From contig JAQGDQ010000287.1 of the NCBI GenBank assembly GCA_030141605.1, forward strand, positions 1 through 64,000: a stretch of DNA of 64,000 nt, in the 5' to 3' direction. This document shows, one piece after another, positions 25,991-39,700 of the stretch. The DNA comes from Tubiluchus corallicola. Its lineage: Eukaryota; Animalia; Priapulida. Made by a program: the position numbers and the translations under genes. Under the pieces are notes generated by a model, which worked only from the letters and a program-made list of their open reading frames with translations, was not told the DNA's origin and ran no database searches. Position 1 is the stretch's first letter. Each line of letters begins with the position of its first letter.

Positions 25991-27496
25991 TCAAGTGGTA
26001 CTAATTAGAGTTCGTTTATTTCACCTTGTAGTAAAATTATCAATGTAAACAATAGTATAATAATCTAATGTAAATAACATTATCATCAAGTTTTAGTATG
26101 CTTAAGTTGAAGTGCTGGCTAATAGGCATAATTTATCGAGAAAGCCACCACAGTCTCTTAAAGAAACGTGCCCTTGACACAAAACATATAGTGATATACA
26201 AAACTCAGCAGAGCAGAATAGTACATACCCCTATAGCCAGCTAACTCTGCCACAGAATAGTTGGCATTGTTTAAACCAAAATCGAAGACGGTAGTGCCAT
26301 ACGTTATTATGAAAAATAAATATCAAAGCTTACGGGTTAGGAACGTTCTCAACGTTAACTAATTTCGCATAATTGTAGAAACTACCACGTTTTAGAAACT
26401 TCTGAAACTGTTATAGCATGCTGCGCAGCGAACAATTTTGCGCATCGTACGTTTCATCATCTCCAAATGTTTCAGGTCTATTCAATCGATTTTATCTCGT
26501 CAACATACGTTTCACATTATAATTACAGAAGTAGAAAATTTCAATAATATTTGAGTAGGAGCAGCGAAGACCAATTGTCACTAGCTCAGCTGCTCCATTT
26601 TTGACAACACAATTTCTTTTGATAGGCGCAATTGAAAAAGCAAATAAAAAACATCAAAGCATAAATATCTTATGTCTAACGATCAAAGGCTTTTGATCTA
26701 CTTTTTTTAGCGAGCACCGCGATGAATACCTGCGAAAATATGCCATTGTGATGTGTATTAATTTTACCTAGCAGTGTTGATACGAATATCCATTTTAGAG
26801 TTATGATATACCATATGTATACATGTTAGAGTTTACAACAGATAAGAGTGCCGTGCAGTTAAATATTTTGTTTATGTTATATTTGTGGACAATAGCTTTT
26901 ATTACAGCACTGTAACTCAGAAATTTCGACGATCCACTTGTTTTGTATCCACAAATCCGCAAGACCACAGTGTCCACATTCTTGTGTATAGAGAGATTCT
27001 GCAGATTCTATAAAAATAGGGATCTGCCACATACAAAAAACAATTCTTCCAAACCTGACATGCTGCTTTAGTTTAACTAGATATCATTTGTGCACAAGTT
27101 AGGTGATTAAGGCTGAATTATTGTAATTTTGGTTTATTAAGAAATGGATTTTTAATGCCTGTTGCTTAATAGTAATAGTACCCTGAGATTATTTCAAAAA
27201 TGGCAAGTTGAATTGAAATGTCGCAGTAAACGATGGCATCGTCCTCCGTCCAGAAGTGTTGTGATCATCCTGGATTGTGACATGAATGACGTCACGCATA
27301 TACTAGCTCCTTGCTGGAGAAATCAATCCTTTTTTCAGATTGAGAGCCTCAAGCATAGGATTGGTTTCAGAGAAGCTGCTGTTGCATGGTCAATGTACTA
27401 TTTCATACAACACTGCATACTTAGTACACGACACTCTATTAATATGCTATAATGATACTGCAGCGAGCTCTCTCACGTTAAAGACAATAACTCTTG

Positions 27497-28689
27497 TGTA
27501 ATATTATAACTTGCGACGGTGTAATGGGGTCGGTTCTTAGTGTGAGGAAATACCCGAGAACCTGACTACTAGCTTAATATGATAAGGGCTTATAGCTACG
27601 GGGGGCGCTCACGGTGTTACTCCTTTAGTCATCAGGCATCGTCTTCATACATAAATGGCAAAAGAGTTAAGCTTAGGTTTAACGATATATTTTGGCATGA
27701 CACTTTGAACATATTAAGATAGGTTGTAATACAATGCAAACACATAAAATGTACATAACTTATAGCTACTTCATTAATATTAGTAAATACTCATACCGTG
27801 GCGCCACGTAATGGGGGAAATAATGTACAGACGTCCGGTTGGTCGGCAGGTTTCTCAACAAATCCTGTTCACCACAAAGAGCAAGAAAGGCGCCCCTGAC
27901 GACTGGTATCAGTACTCGCGCCATTGGTCCTGGGAGCTCCAAGCTTCATTAATTGATGACTCGTATGGGAATCCTCTCAAGCAACGGCTCTAATAACTCG
28001 GAGGCCGACGTCCACCACTACGATTTTCTCACCAGGTGTGTTTATCTACTAGTCCATCAAATACGGCCACTAATTACCATCTCATAGCAGATGTACCACG
28101 TTTCTCCATACACTGCAACTAGTTCTTTCATTTAGTGCTCCATTCATTAGTGTAATTCGGAAACGATGACGTTGAAAGCATCAAAATGCTGATAATCGTT
28201 CTACGTTTATCTGGGTTAGTTAAAAGGTGAAAGCATTAACTTAGCATTTCTACCACTTTTGATGTGTGTGTGTAACTGAACGTCACATAGCCCAGATCGG
28301 AAAATAGGTCAGTGTCAAGCAAGTGCTTCATAGAATAAGCGATTACCACTATAAGGGGGGGGGAGACCTAGAACAAACTAAATACCTATTACTATCTGAG
28401 ATGAGATAGCTATAAACAGTAGGGTTGCTAATATGAGGTAGTTACGAGCAATAACTGTAATAACAATAGTGGTGCAAGGCAAATATAGCTCAAATTGATG
28501 CCGGTATTGGAGAAAGGCACCATAGACCTATAGGGCCGTCACATAACTCATGTATCTTTTCTATGAACTCTTGTATTGAACTCCAATAAACTATTATTAT
28601 ATTATCCAGTTTGAGTTTGGTCTTTACTGCCCTACGGCTACGTAATCACGAGCCATTTAGACAATTAAAGCAACACAAACTTTATTACA
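27497..28689. mobile_element. Possible solo LTR
   Basis: Bounded by TGTAATA...TATTACA, higher GC than the flanks, AATAAA about 100 bp before the right end; no TSD or PBS seen. Confidence 0.35.
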
Positions 28690-29190
28690 TTTCCCCGCAA
28701 CTCATAGTAGTTTGCTTTGTTGGACATGAAACTGCCTTCTGGTGATTATTTAAACATTAATATGCTTATATCTTTACTTCTTCACTAATTGCTCTGCTAT
28801 GCTCAAGTAGAGTTATTATTCAAAAATTGTTGTACGAGGATTTAGTAGAGGAATTAGAGATGTAAAGTTTATCATTTTGCGCTACGGCTTGTTTATCGCA
28901 TTGAGAACAAAATGGCGATGTGAAAAGCTGACACTCCTTTTAGTGACGAGTTGGAGCTGCTGAAAGAAAATTCAAGCTTGCTTACAACATATGTCAGGAA
29001 AAATGCAAGACAGGAGTGAGAGTTGATTACAGGTCGATAAGCTTTTAAGACGTCTGTAACATGAGCTCAGAGAGGCCAGGTCAGAGATGAAGGCACTTGC
29101 TGTGGGCTTTAAACTCACATAAAAGTGTGAGTCAGGCACAGGATACTGAGGAAGTCAGGCACAGCGAGGCGAAAACTGCAAAGTGTTTAA

Positions 29191-29649
29191 CCCTTTCATA
29201 CCCGTTGTATCCCATGGGATACGAGAATATTTTCTGCCTTTAAAATTAATAAAATTTTAAAACTGACAGTTATTTGATCTGTTAATAGTTATTTTCATTT
29301 AAGCCAATAACAATAGACTAAAAATGGTGATAAAATGGCAAACTAGAAAATCTACATAGCATAAAAAATTGCGCAAGGTACAGTACTTTAGAGACGACTT
29401 TGTACAGATCAACATAGCATGAATACTAAATGTCTTAAATACTTTAAAAAATTATCAGCAGTTGCAAAATGAAGCACATTTTATGCTTCCATTGAATCCC
29501 AATGTATCCCGTGGGATACAGGCTATATTTAGCACGCTGGCACAGGTAGAAAAAAATAATTATTATGTATAAACAAGATGGACATACTGAACAAAAGTAC
29601 CAAGCCAAAAAATTTTTTCTTATTAAAAAATAATTTGGGACTGAAAGGG
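29191..29649. mobile_element. Non-autonomous piggyBac element
   Basis: TTAA|CCCTTTCA ... TGAAAGGG|TTAA; internal palindromic repeat TGTATCCCRTGGGATAC near 29206 and 29503. Confidence 0.88.
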
Positions 29650-31869
29650 TTAAAGCGTTAGACACTAGAGTTTCCAGTTAGCAATTCAAGGTGAATTATT
29701 TGTATACAGAACCATTGCAGAGGTTGCAATTAGCTCTCGTATGTAGAATACTAACATAAGATTATGATCATATACATAGTGGTTAAATGTAATCAGACTT
29801 GTCTTATTATCAAATGGAATTGACTTCATGTACTTGTATATATAACGTCTTCTTATCTTCAGTAAACGTCCTTCTTATTTACATCCAGCTGTTTGGTCTA
29901 CATAGCGTTATTGTACACACCCTATACATCTGTCATCATGAGCCATAAGTAATCGCAAAACATGCAAAGCAATAAATTTTAACATGTACCCTAACTCTCA
30001 AATTTTGAATTATTAACTTGTTAGTTGTTACAAACCATAAATGATAGTGCACTGTACTACATTGCACGGTACTGCACTGTACTGAATTGCATTGTTTCGC
30101 AGGAAAATGGATAAATCTTAACTGCTTATATCTGCAAATAGCAAAACTTTATTCCATAATAAATCTACATGCGTATGCTCTGTCTTTTCTATGTGGCTCC
30201 ATCTAAGTATTGGCATAGCTAGTAAAGTACTGTTGCATGTATAACCTTTTTACCTTTGGTAGCTTAATTATGCCATAGTAAATTTATATAAATTTCCCAA
30301 TTCTTTTAACACAAGAATGTATTATTAATCCATAACAAATATGTAAGTGGATTGTCTGAGGTTTATAGGTTGCCTAAATTCGTGTAAAATAAAATTCTTG
30401 CTGTTTTCTATTTTTGCTTCAATGTCTTCAACTTGAATGGCATGACTTATGAACTGCGATGATAATAATAGGTGTAATAATTTATTTAAAGCATTATTAT
30501 ATTGCTGTAGCAGTAGTTAGAGGTCGTCCTTTGCCTTCAGTACAATTAATTGTACTGTCAATGCTGGAGTACGTGACTCACGGTGATGCTTGAAACTTGA
30601 AGTGGGCAGCCAGTATGTAAATGTTTCATAGTTTTGTGGACAGGGAGCGTATTCTGCAGGCACTCCATTTTTCAAGTGTACTATTACAGTACAGAATTGT
30701 GTACAATTTCATTTTTCATGTATAATTTTGGTGTGACGTGAAGTCAAAGCAATTTGTTCAGCAGGCTAAACAGGTCTAGACTCTAAAATCAGTTGATACC
30801 TATTGGCCAAAACAAAGTAGTCCTTTTAAAAAACTGTTTTTACACATTTTTTTTCAATTCAGCACATGCAGGACCGTTAGTACCTTTCTTAATCTCAATC
30901 TTTTTTATTTCTCTTGTCATATACATACAGCAATAATACAATTAATTTGAAAAAAAAATTGAGAAGGAATGGCGACAGACCAATTGGTCATCTAGTCAGC
31001 TACCCTATGGTTAGTGATGAACATTTTTAAAAGCGCTGTGCTACAGTGTATTAGTGTTAGTACTGCTTGTAGTTAGGATTTAATTCTTACATATGACATT
31101 AAATTGATATGTTTATAACGTGTTATATATAACATATTAAAACAACTCATACGCAGGAATAAAAAGTGTATAATAAAAAATCAAACAAGAACTGAAAATA
31201 AAAATCTGACAACGGAAACATAAGAAAAATGGCAACTGAAATATACTTCATAATGACACAAGCATAATTTTTGACAGTCATAAAAATAAATTATCATGCA
31301 AATAATGGAACTGAAAATCAGGTGTATTTATATAGTGGTATATTGAAGTATATTAAATTGGGCGTTAATTTTCATGCACAGGTATACAGAAATTATAATT
31401 TACGTAACAAAAAATCATGCTGGAAAAAAACAGCCGGAATCCAAAAATTACATTGCAAACAATATTGTAGGTTGTGTGTTATAGTCGTGCATAAGCAAGC
31501 GAATGTATAATGGAGCCGTTAAAAAATTACAGAGCGATTTTTGATGATCAGAGTTAAAATAATTAGGCAGATATTTAAAGCGCAAAAAATATTTGGATTA
31601 CGGCATGAGGAGATTGACAATTGGAGTCATGACTTCAAAATATAAATATTCTAAACTTTGCAAACTTGAAATTGATCTACAGGAAATAAATATCTATAGA
31701 AAATAAACAAATTAAATATTGAAATTAATTGAACCTGCTATAACAGTAGTTGCTCTTGCGTGCAGTTAGACAAAATTATTATAGTGGGCAAAAGAAATAA
31801 AAGCTGTTGGAAAAATACTGTAAGCCTGCATATAGTTAATCTCGGTAAAAAGTTTGCAAGAGTTAATAT

Positions 31870-32320
31870 TCATGTAATTTACTTAAGTGACAGATACTAG
31901 TTGATTGCTTAAGATCGTCCGAAAGAGTATTCCATAGAATTGTATCATTGTATTTTACAGTTTGCCGATCTTTTGTTGTGTTAAATCTTTCCTGAAAATA
32001 ATTTTGTGTGGTAGTTGCTCTAGTAGAATATTGGTGAACGTCACTAATCTTTCTGAAATAATTGCTGTATAACTTAGGTAGAATGCCCTTTTTATAATTG
32101 AACAGGAATTTCGCTAACTCAAGTTTATAAATTTTATTTATTTTTAATAATTGCAAAGCATAAGAAGGTGTAGCCTGATCTCGGCACCCAGCAAAAGTCA
32201 TTGTTTCGATAATTTTGTTATGTGCTGCTGTAATTGGTTTCCGAACAGATTTTTTTACTGTGCCCCACGACAAGATACAATAGTCAAAATGTGGGTAGAC
32301 AATGGTATATAGGCTACACT
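31870..32320 (-). mobile_element. 3' RT fragment of a CR1/L2-group LINE
   Basis: LYTIVYPHFDYCILSWG..LLKINKIYKLELAKFLFNY..HQYSTR..ILWNTL is typical of a non-LTR RT C-terminus. Confidence 0.8.
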
Positions 32321-32325
32321 TTAAG

Positions 32326-35300
32326 CTATTCTGGAAACTGGAAAATGCCGATAACTGCATAGTGATCAGCCAAATCAGAAATTTCTTCCGTCACGATGCA
32401 TTCGTGAGAGTCTGGCCATACATACCCAATTTCACCAATTTGAGATCTCCAGCATATCCTAAATGGCTGTTTGCTTTGTGGCTTTACGACGTACTGCTCA
32501 GCGTGTAGAGGCTTCTGGTAATCAATTCTTGGTAGAACGTAATCAATGTACTCTGCTTTTCTAAAATTGGAAAAGAGTTGTAACGAAAGAATGTGATTGG
32601 TGCTTGGATCCCAGGTGGGATATTGCTCACTGACCACAGGTGGAACAGCAAGCATCAGTAAGCTAAGCATTTGCAAGACATGATCCCTGTCATGTATGAA
32701 GTCCATGTTGAAGTCTGCAGCCATTATGACTGGCTCATCAGCTGGAATATTAAGATCGCTTATAAACGTATTCCACTCGATCGCTTGCAATCTCCTTAGT
32801 TGGCGATACTTGTCTCGCTGCAGACAGCATCTTAAATGGGTGCCAAAGACATGATATACCTTCCTCTTATTTCCATCAGATTTCTCTATTTTAGCATACA
32901 TGACACCATTTCGTTCTTTCGCATCTCGGGATTGAAAGATTATTTCCTTCTCTTGAATAATGAGATACCTTGAGGCAATGAATATACCACCATTGTTGTC
33001 GTTCTCAGGACTGGGCCAACTAGGTTGCTGGCCAACATTAGCAGTAATATATTTGAAACCATAATAGCTAAGTAGATCCTTCATGGAGGCGCCACTGTAT
33101 TTCCAACAACCACCATAAAAGAGTTCTTGAAAAACAACTACATCCAGATGTGAATAGTCAGAAGCGAGTGTAGCGGGAATACGACATGTTCTTTCTACTT
33201 GTCCGGTGTGAGAAAATGGACCAGTTTCGTAGATGTTATACGTCATGACACTGAGTTCCGTTACTGGAGTATGAGTGATCTCTAATGGCTTTAACGGAGC
33301 CCTGCAAAGAACTCTTTTGCATAATATGTCTTCAGTTCTCACAAGTTCAAAATCAAAAACTGCGCAGTCATATCGCGAAGAATTGCATTCTGAAAGGAAA
33401 ATAAATTGTGATAGCCCTCTCAAGTTGTAGAATTGAAGTTTTTCATTTGTAGAATTTTTGATGGTACATGCATCTCAGTGACTATAGATTAAAATATCTC
33501 TGCGTTTTTATGGATTATTTTATCTTAATCAGCAGCTTTCAATAAGCACAGATTGGGCAAAGGTTATGGGGCGTCCAAACAACTTCAAAAACTGTGAACG
33601 AAGAGAAGATTGAGAACGAAAACCAAACTTCGTTTTTTACTACATTAATCTTATTTCAGTTGTTCTTTACAACAGCAATGTTGTTTCAGTTGTTTTTTTA
33701 CAACAGCAATGTTTTTTCAGCTGTTCTTTACTACACCAATGTTATTTCAGTTGTCCTTTACAACAGCAATATTATTTCAGTTGTTTTTACTACAGCAATG
33801 TTATTTCAGTTGTTTTTACAACAGCAATGTTATTTCAGTTGTTTTTACTACAGCAATGTTATTTCAGTTGTTTTTACTACGCCAATGTTATTTCAGTTGT
33901 TTTTACAACAGCAATGTTATTTCAGCTGTTCTTTACAACGGCAATGTTATTTCAGTTATTCTTTACAACAGCAATGTTATTTTAGTTGTTCTTTAAAACA
34001 CCAATGTTATTTCAGCTGTTCTTTACTACGCCAATGTTATTTCAGTTATTCTTTACAACAGCAATGTTATTTCAGCTGTTCTTTACTACACCAATGTTAT
34101 TTCAGTTATTTTTGCAACAGCAATGTTATTTCAGCTGTTCTTTACAACGGCAATGCTATTTTGGTTGTTCTTTACAACAGCAATGTTATTTTAGTTGTTC
34201 TTTAAAACACCAATGTTATTTCAGCTGTTCTTTACTACACCAATGTTATTTCAGTTGTTTTTACAACAGCAATGTTATTTCAGCTGTTCTTTACAACGGC
34301 AATGTTATTTTGGTTGTTCTTTACAACAGCAATGTTATTTTAGTTGTTCTTTAAAACACCAATGTTATTTCAGCTGTTCTTTACTACGCCAATGTTATTT
34401 TAGTTATTCTTTACAACAGCAATGTTATTTCAGCTGCTCTTTACTACGCCAATGTTATTTTAGTTGTTCTTTACAACAGCAATGTTATTTCAGCTGTTCT
34501 TTACTACATCAATGCTATTTCAGTTATTTTTACAACAGCAATGTTATTTCAGCTGTTCTTTACAACAGCAATGTTTTTTCAGCTGTTCTTTACTACACCA
34601 ATGTTATTTCAGTTGTTTTTACTACAGCAATGTTGTTTCAGTTGTTCTTTACAACAACAATGTTATTTCAGCTGTTCTTTACTACAGCAATGTTATTTCA
34701 GTTGTTCTTTACAAGAACAATGTTATTTCAGTTGTTCTTTACAACAGCAATGTTATTTCCGTTATTCTTTATGCTCTGCATTGTATGGTGCTCACGGAGA
34801 ACGCGTATAATAAACCGAACAATTTGATACCAAGCGCATATCGTAGAGCAACAAAATTTAATGTAAACTATTAGTGAGAATGGAAACTGAACAAAGTCAG
34901 CAAACGCTCCTGAGCACGCTAGCCCAGGCAACACAGTGCTTGGCAACTCGACCATATGCGCAGAATAAAAAGGGGAAGAATACAAAAAAGAAAGTTCTCA
35001 ATGAACTCCAGCCGGAGAAAGAAGAAAGAGAAGAATGCCTGGAAACGATCAATGGAGAATGCATGTGATAGAGTTTGATGGGAAGTGCACGTTTGGCTGC
35101 AAATAGACGAGAATTGTGATACCTCATGTGACACGCGAGAAATACTTTGACGACATTTAGACACAAGGGCCCAGATTTCGTGTTGTCAAATTTAGAGAAC
35201 CTTATCAAGTTTATTTATATATTACACTCCTACACGTAACTTTTTGTGGTTATATCGATTTAGTTTTGCACATTGGTACAATTCTGCCTTATACCCGGTC

Positions 35301-35986
35301 CGAGGCACCTAGCTAGAATCTACGTTCTTTTTTAGTTCAGGAAACACTCATGTTAACTGATCTGTATCTGTTGGCTCTTTATGTACATAACAGAATTTGC
35401 CAGTATTAACAAGATAGACAAGACAACATTTATTTACCGTCGCTCGTTTAACAGATAACACTAACACTATTGGCTATTTAGTTGTCAACGCACAAACAAC
35501 GAATAACATGTAGGTTATATGCCATGACGTTGGTAGCCGCTAGTCTCGAACTCAAATTGTACTCCGAAATTTAAACTACTTGGCCACCCAGTGCAGGACT
35601 AGCAACATGTGAATTTTCCACATAGTTTTCCTTTAAATTTATCCTTAACAGACAGCTTTGGGCGCCGGCAGAGGACAAATAGGAGTACTTGTCTCCTCTG
35701 CTTTGGATTGTTGAGCTCGTTGTAGACATTAGACGTTGCAAACGACTTCGTTATATTTTAGATACACAACTATAAGCAAGTATAATATTGGCAAAATCAC
35801 TGATTGTTTCACACAGAATAGATAGAGAATGTCCGTATAATCTCAAAATGCATTCTGACTGCTTAACTTTCTCATGAGATTTGTAAAACGGGTAATTTAT
35901 TCTTTTCACTTACCCAGCCAGAATTCCGGTATACATTCAACTTCATATAAATTTGACAACAAAATAACAATGAACACTAAAAACAT
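32326..35986 (-). CDS. Secreted sphingomyelinase C-like phosphodiesterase (EEP superfamily), about 378 aa, 2 exons
   Basis: Exon 1 35986-35914 encodes signal peptide MFLVFIVILLSNLYEVEC (CGCCATG context, GTAAGT donor, phase 1). Exon 2 33389-32326 follows TTTTCCTTTCAG. Motifs TYN, DVVVFQE, NGGIFIASRY, FGTHL, ADFN, YIDYV, ADHYAV. Confidence 0.85.
33650..34770. repeat. 29-30-bp tandem satellite, about 37 copies, in the SMase intron
   Basis: Unit TACAACAGCAATGTTATTTCAGYTGTTCTT; it generates the QQQCYFSC / TTAMLFQLF ORFs. Confidence 0.95.
35425..35590 (-). mobile_element. Possible decayed tRNA-derived SINE
   Basis: Minus-strand A-box-like TGGCCAAGTAG and B-box-like GAGTTCGAGAC, spaced more closely than in a tRNA. 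Confidence 0.35.
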
Positions 35987-36067
35987 GGCGTATAAACTAA
36001 ATATATAATGTGTTTTACTTTACACTTATAACTATCAGTAGGCTACTTAGTTCTACTTAAACATAGC

Positions 36068-36075
36068 TATTTATA
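36068..36075 (-). promoter_or_regulatory. Candidate TATA box of the SMase-like gene
   Basis: TATAAATA on the minus strand about 85 bp upstream of the ATG at 35986. Confidence 0.5.
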
Positions 36076-36789
36076 CACATATTACACAGGTTACTCGTTA
36101 GTTAAACAACAAATGTGCGCAGAACTTGAAGGATTTAAAACCGCGTTTAGATTCGACTAATGTTTGCTACCAACGTTGATGTTGTCGAGGACTACGCCAT
36201 TGTGGTGCTTCTCCAGTAACAGTGTTTATTCATGTTTGCATGGATCTGCCCTAGCAAACCTGTTTCATAGTATACATTTAATTCTATGCAAAAGTTAAAG
36301 TATCTAATTTACCTAAACTAGTTTTGGATTTATGTGCAATTAGCTGTGTAACCACCCGCATATAAGTTTCCTTCTGAGAAGGTACATATAGTTGTAATAT
36401 TGCCAGAATTTTGCTAGCTTGCTTGGGGTGACATTGCGTCGCGTCACTGCAGTCTTCATTATCGAGGATTGTCTAGGGCAAGAACTAAGTATATAATTGT
36501 TGGTTAATTGCATCTAGTCTCATAACGTTGCAATGACTAATTGCACTAAAAGTTAAACAGCCCCACAAAATAAAGCAAAATTGTTCTCAAAAGTGGTAGA
36601 TCAAAATGACTGACCGACATGGTAAGATAGCTCATGGGATAGTGATAAGACTAATTATCAGATGCAGCAACCAGCGTAGGTGAAAATGTTCACATTTAAC
36701 TTTTATAACGTAGCTTTAGCTGTATTTAATCATAACATTTCCATTAGTCATGTAATTGTTGTCTTTCTATCTAATATCAATCATTGTAA

Positions 36790-39700
36790 ATATCATATAC
36801 ATTTTCCACCTCACGGAATGCCGCAATAAACGTTACTAGGGTTTTCAGTCGCCCATTAATCGCTTTCCCACAAATATCACCAACAGCTGAAGATAAAAGA
36901 AAAAGTAGCGAAGACACTGATACAGTACATGATACAAATGAAATTGAGCATGATATTATGAAATGTGATAATCTTGATGGGATAGATAGTACAAAGGATA
37001 GAGCAGAAACGTGGAACAGTGATAGAACAGACATTGTAAAATATTATTCCGAATGATGTCTTCGAGATGATGCAATGCTCAAACTGTACCTGTTGGATTC
37101 ATAACAAATGTGCAAAATTACCTGGATATTGTCAGCTTATCAACTAGAATTGCTTAAGGCAAAGAACAGAAAATTTTTCTATCAAGATGGTGCGGTCAAA
37201 AAGTAGGAACTAGACAAGATCGCTAGCAACAATGCCTGGTGAGTATAGCGAACTGCAATAAACCAAAACAATTGATAAGCTAAACTATTAATTAAAGGAA
37301 AAAGATGAGTTGACAGAATATCTATCCAAGGAACTTCGCAAATTGCAAAACGAATTAATAATTCTTTCGCAACATAACATTGATCTAGGTAAAAAAACAG
37401 GTGAATAACAGAAAAGGTGTTGAGCCAACAAAACGCTTGTGGATTGTAGAGGAAGACTAAGCAGAAGCAAAAAAAAACAGATTAAGGACCATAATAGGTC
37501 TAGTAAAAGAGAAACGAACAAATTGAAGCGGAAATGCAGCAAATATAAAGGAATACAAGAAAAGAAGGTACGTGTCTCAAGCACTTGAAAATAGAACTTT
37601 TTCAAATATGAACAAGTATGTGTATGTGAGGATGACCAATGAAAAACTTGAACTTGAAAGTGCAGCTTGTAGTAAAATAACAGAACCAAGGACAAATGAT
37701 GTAGTGGAATAAATGGCGAAGTACTTAGTGAAGTGATGACGTTGAAGAAAAAGCAGAAGCCAACGACGAAACTGTTAATCCTTCTCCTAGTAGTGAGCGT
37801 GAAAAACGGGTGATGCACACTATTGCAAAAAAGTTATGCAGATACTATGCAAAAAAACTTTACTGCTGTTTTGAAGATAAGTGCTAATTTAGGCACTATT
37901 TGCTAAAAGATGAGAACATTAATCACGTGGTTTTCTCTAAGAAAAAAGCAGCTGAAAACAGATTATTGTGTCATACATCTGAGAAAGGTCTGCAGGGCGA
38001 ACGTGGGTGCAACTGCTATTTTAGATGTTATTATTTGCCAGATGAACAGAGATATCGTAGTGACAGAATTGAAAGAAATCATGAACATGTTAATTAAATG
38101 GAGTTCTGCTGAAATTTCGAGCAAGGAATTGTATGTCGAAGAGATGATAGTTGTAGATTCAGACATAGATGGTGGGTGCCTAGTTTTGAAAGAAAATTGA
38201 ATAATTACAGTGCTTAAATAGACAAAGGTTTCCCCAATGAAGATCCAGGTTCTCAAAAGGCTAAGAGTATGCTGATAAAACAAGACAAAAAAATCAGTTA
38301 GATGATCTGAGCAACAAAGGGAAGTTTTTAATGGAAAGGCTAAATCTCGTGGAAAACCACACATTTCCCAACAGGGAAACACGGAATTATGCTCTTGGAC
38401 AATATTACCCAGTAGATAGCCAGCAGATGGGGACACAGCAAAGTTTTACTTACAAAAAGCCTAAGAAAAAACAGAAAAGGTTATCAACAAAAAAGAAAAA
38501 ATACAGCAGGCTTAAAATTTTGTATATAAATATTAGAGGTATAAAATCCAAATTAGAATATTTTTGAAAGAAATTATTCGTGTACTGTTAATAGTAGTAG
38601 TTGAAACTCATCTATTTAATAATGAAGCTGTTGAACTACATGGCTATCATTCCATTTAAAACAATAGAGAACAAAGTAAAGGTGGGGTATAATACTAGCC
38701 ATACTCGATTAATTAGTTATTGTTACAGTTTGTGTCACTTCACAAAATGACTGTGGAGAATCACTGTAGGTTCTAATTAATAATATTAAAGTTAAAATTC
38801 GTACTGGTTTAATATATGCTCCGCAAGAAACGAGAACTAGTGCTAACAATTTAGAAACCACGTATGAAAAAATACAAGAGCAAGTAAAGAGGCTAAAATC
38901 GAAAATGAGAAAATTTTGTTAATCGGAGATTTTAGTACTAAAGTTGACAAAGCGATCAAAGGAATTACAAAAGAATTGTTAATAGCATGTAAAAAGATGA
39001 TAAAGCTCTTAAAAATGAAAAGTTAGTCTTATAATTAGACTTGAAAACTGTATTGAATTGTAGACAAGGTTCAAGGGAATCAAAAATCAGTTATTGATTC
39101 TTTGGTAATGAGGGATGAAGATGTGAATGCAATCGATTACATGTTAATCGATGATAAAAAAATCTATGGACCATATTACTTAAAGAAAAATGAAAATAAA
39201 ACCCAGTGTGTTTATAGTGACCATAACACTATTCTCGTTAACATTAGCTGGAATAAAGTTTATAAGAAACATGAAAAAAGGATCACGTTATGTTTTAGTA
39301 AATGAAACAAACCTTAACAGGTTTAGAAATCTCACATGAACACATGTTCTACAGTGAAAAGGAAAGTAAAGCAAAACAGTAATTTAAAGGCAGTAAAATT
39401 ACTTATGAAACAAAACAGAAAAAATTAAGCTTCTAATTAAAAAAAGGAGTTATGAGCTCTGATACCTATTGAACCGGTACTATGTGGTATTTCAATGAAT
39501 AACATTACAGATATAAAAAGTCACCCCGATACTATGTTGGGCCAGATTTACAGATGGGTACGCTGTTATATGTAGACGACATATTATCTGCTGGCAGTGC
39601 AGAACATGGTAAGCAAAGTTGTTGAGAATTTTAGAGAAATAAAAACTTCAAAAATATGACATTTAATAAAAAAAGAGTATATTTTGACTAATATGACAAA

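Noticed and set aside
32326-33423. Bacterial contamination explaining the SMase ORF
   Set aside because: It has a spliced signal exon, a TATA box, host-like composition and animal TE flanks.
33594-34874. Gln/Cys-rich repeat proteins
   Set aside because: Translations of the 29-30-bp satellite, with frames shifting between units.
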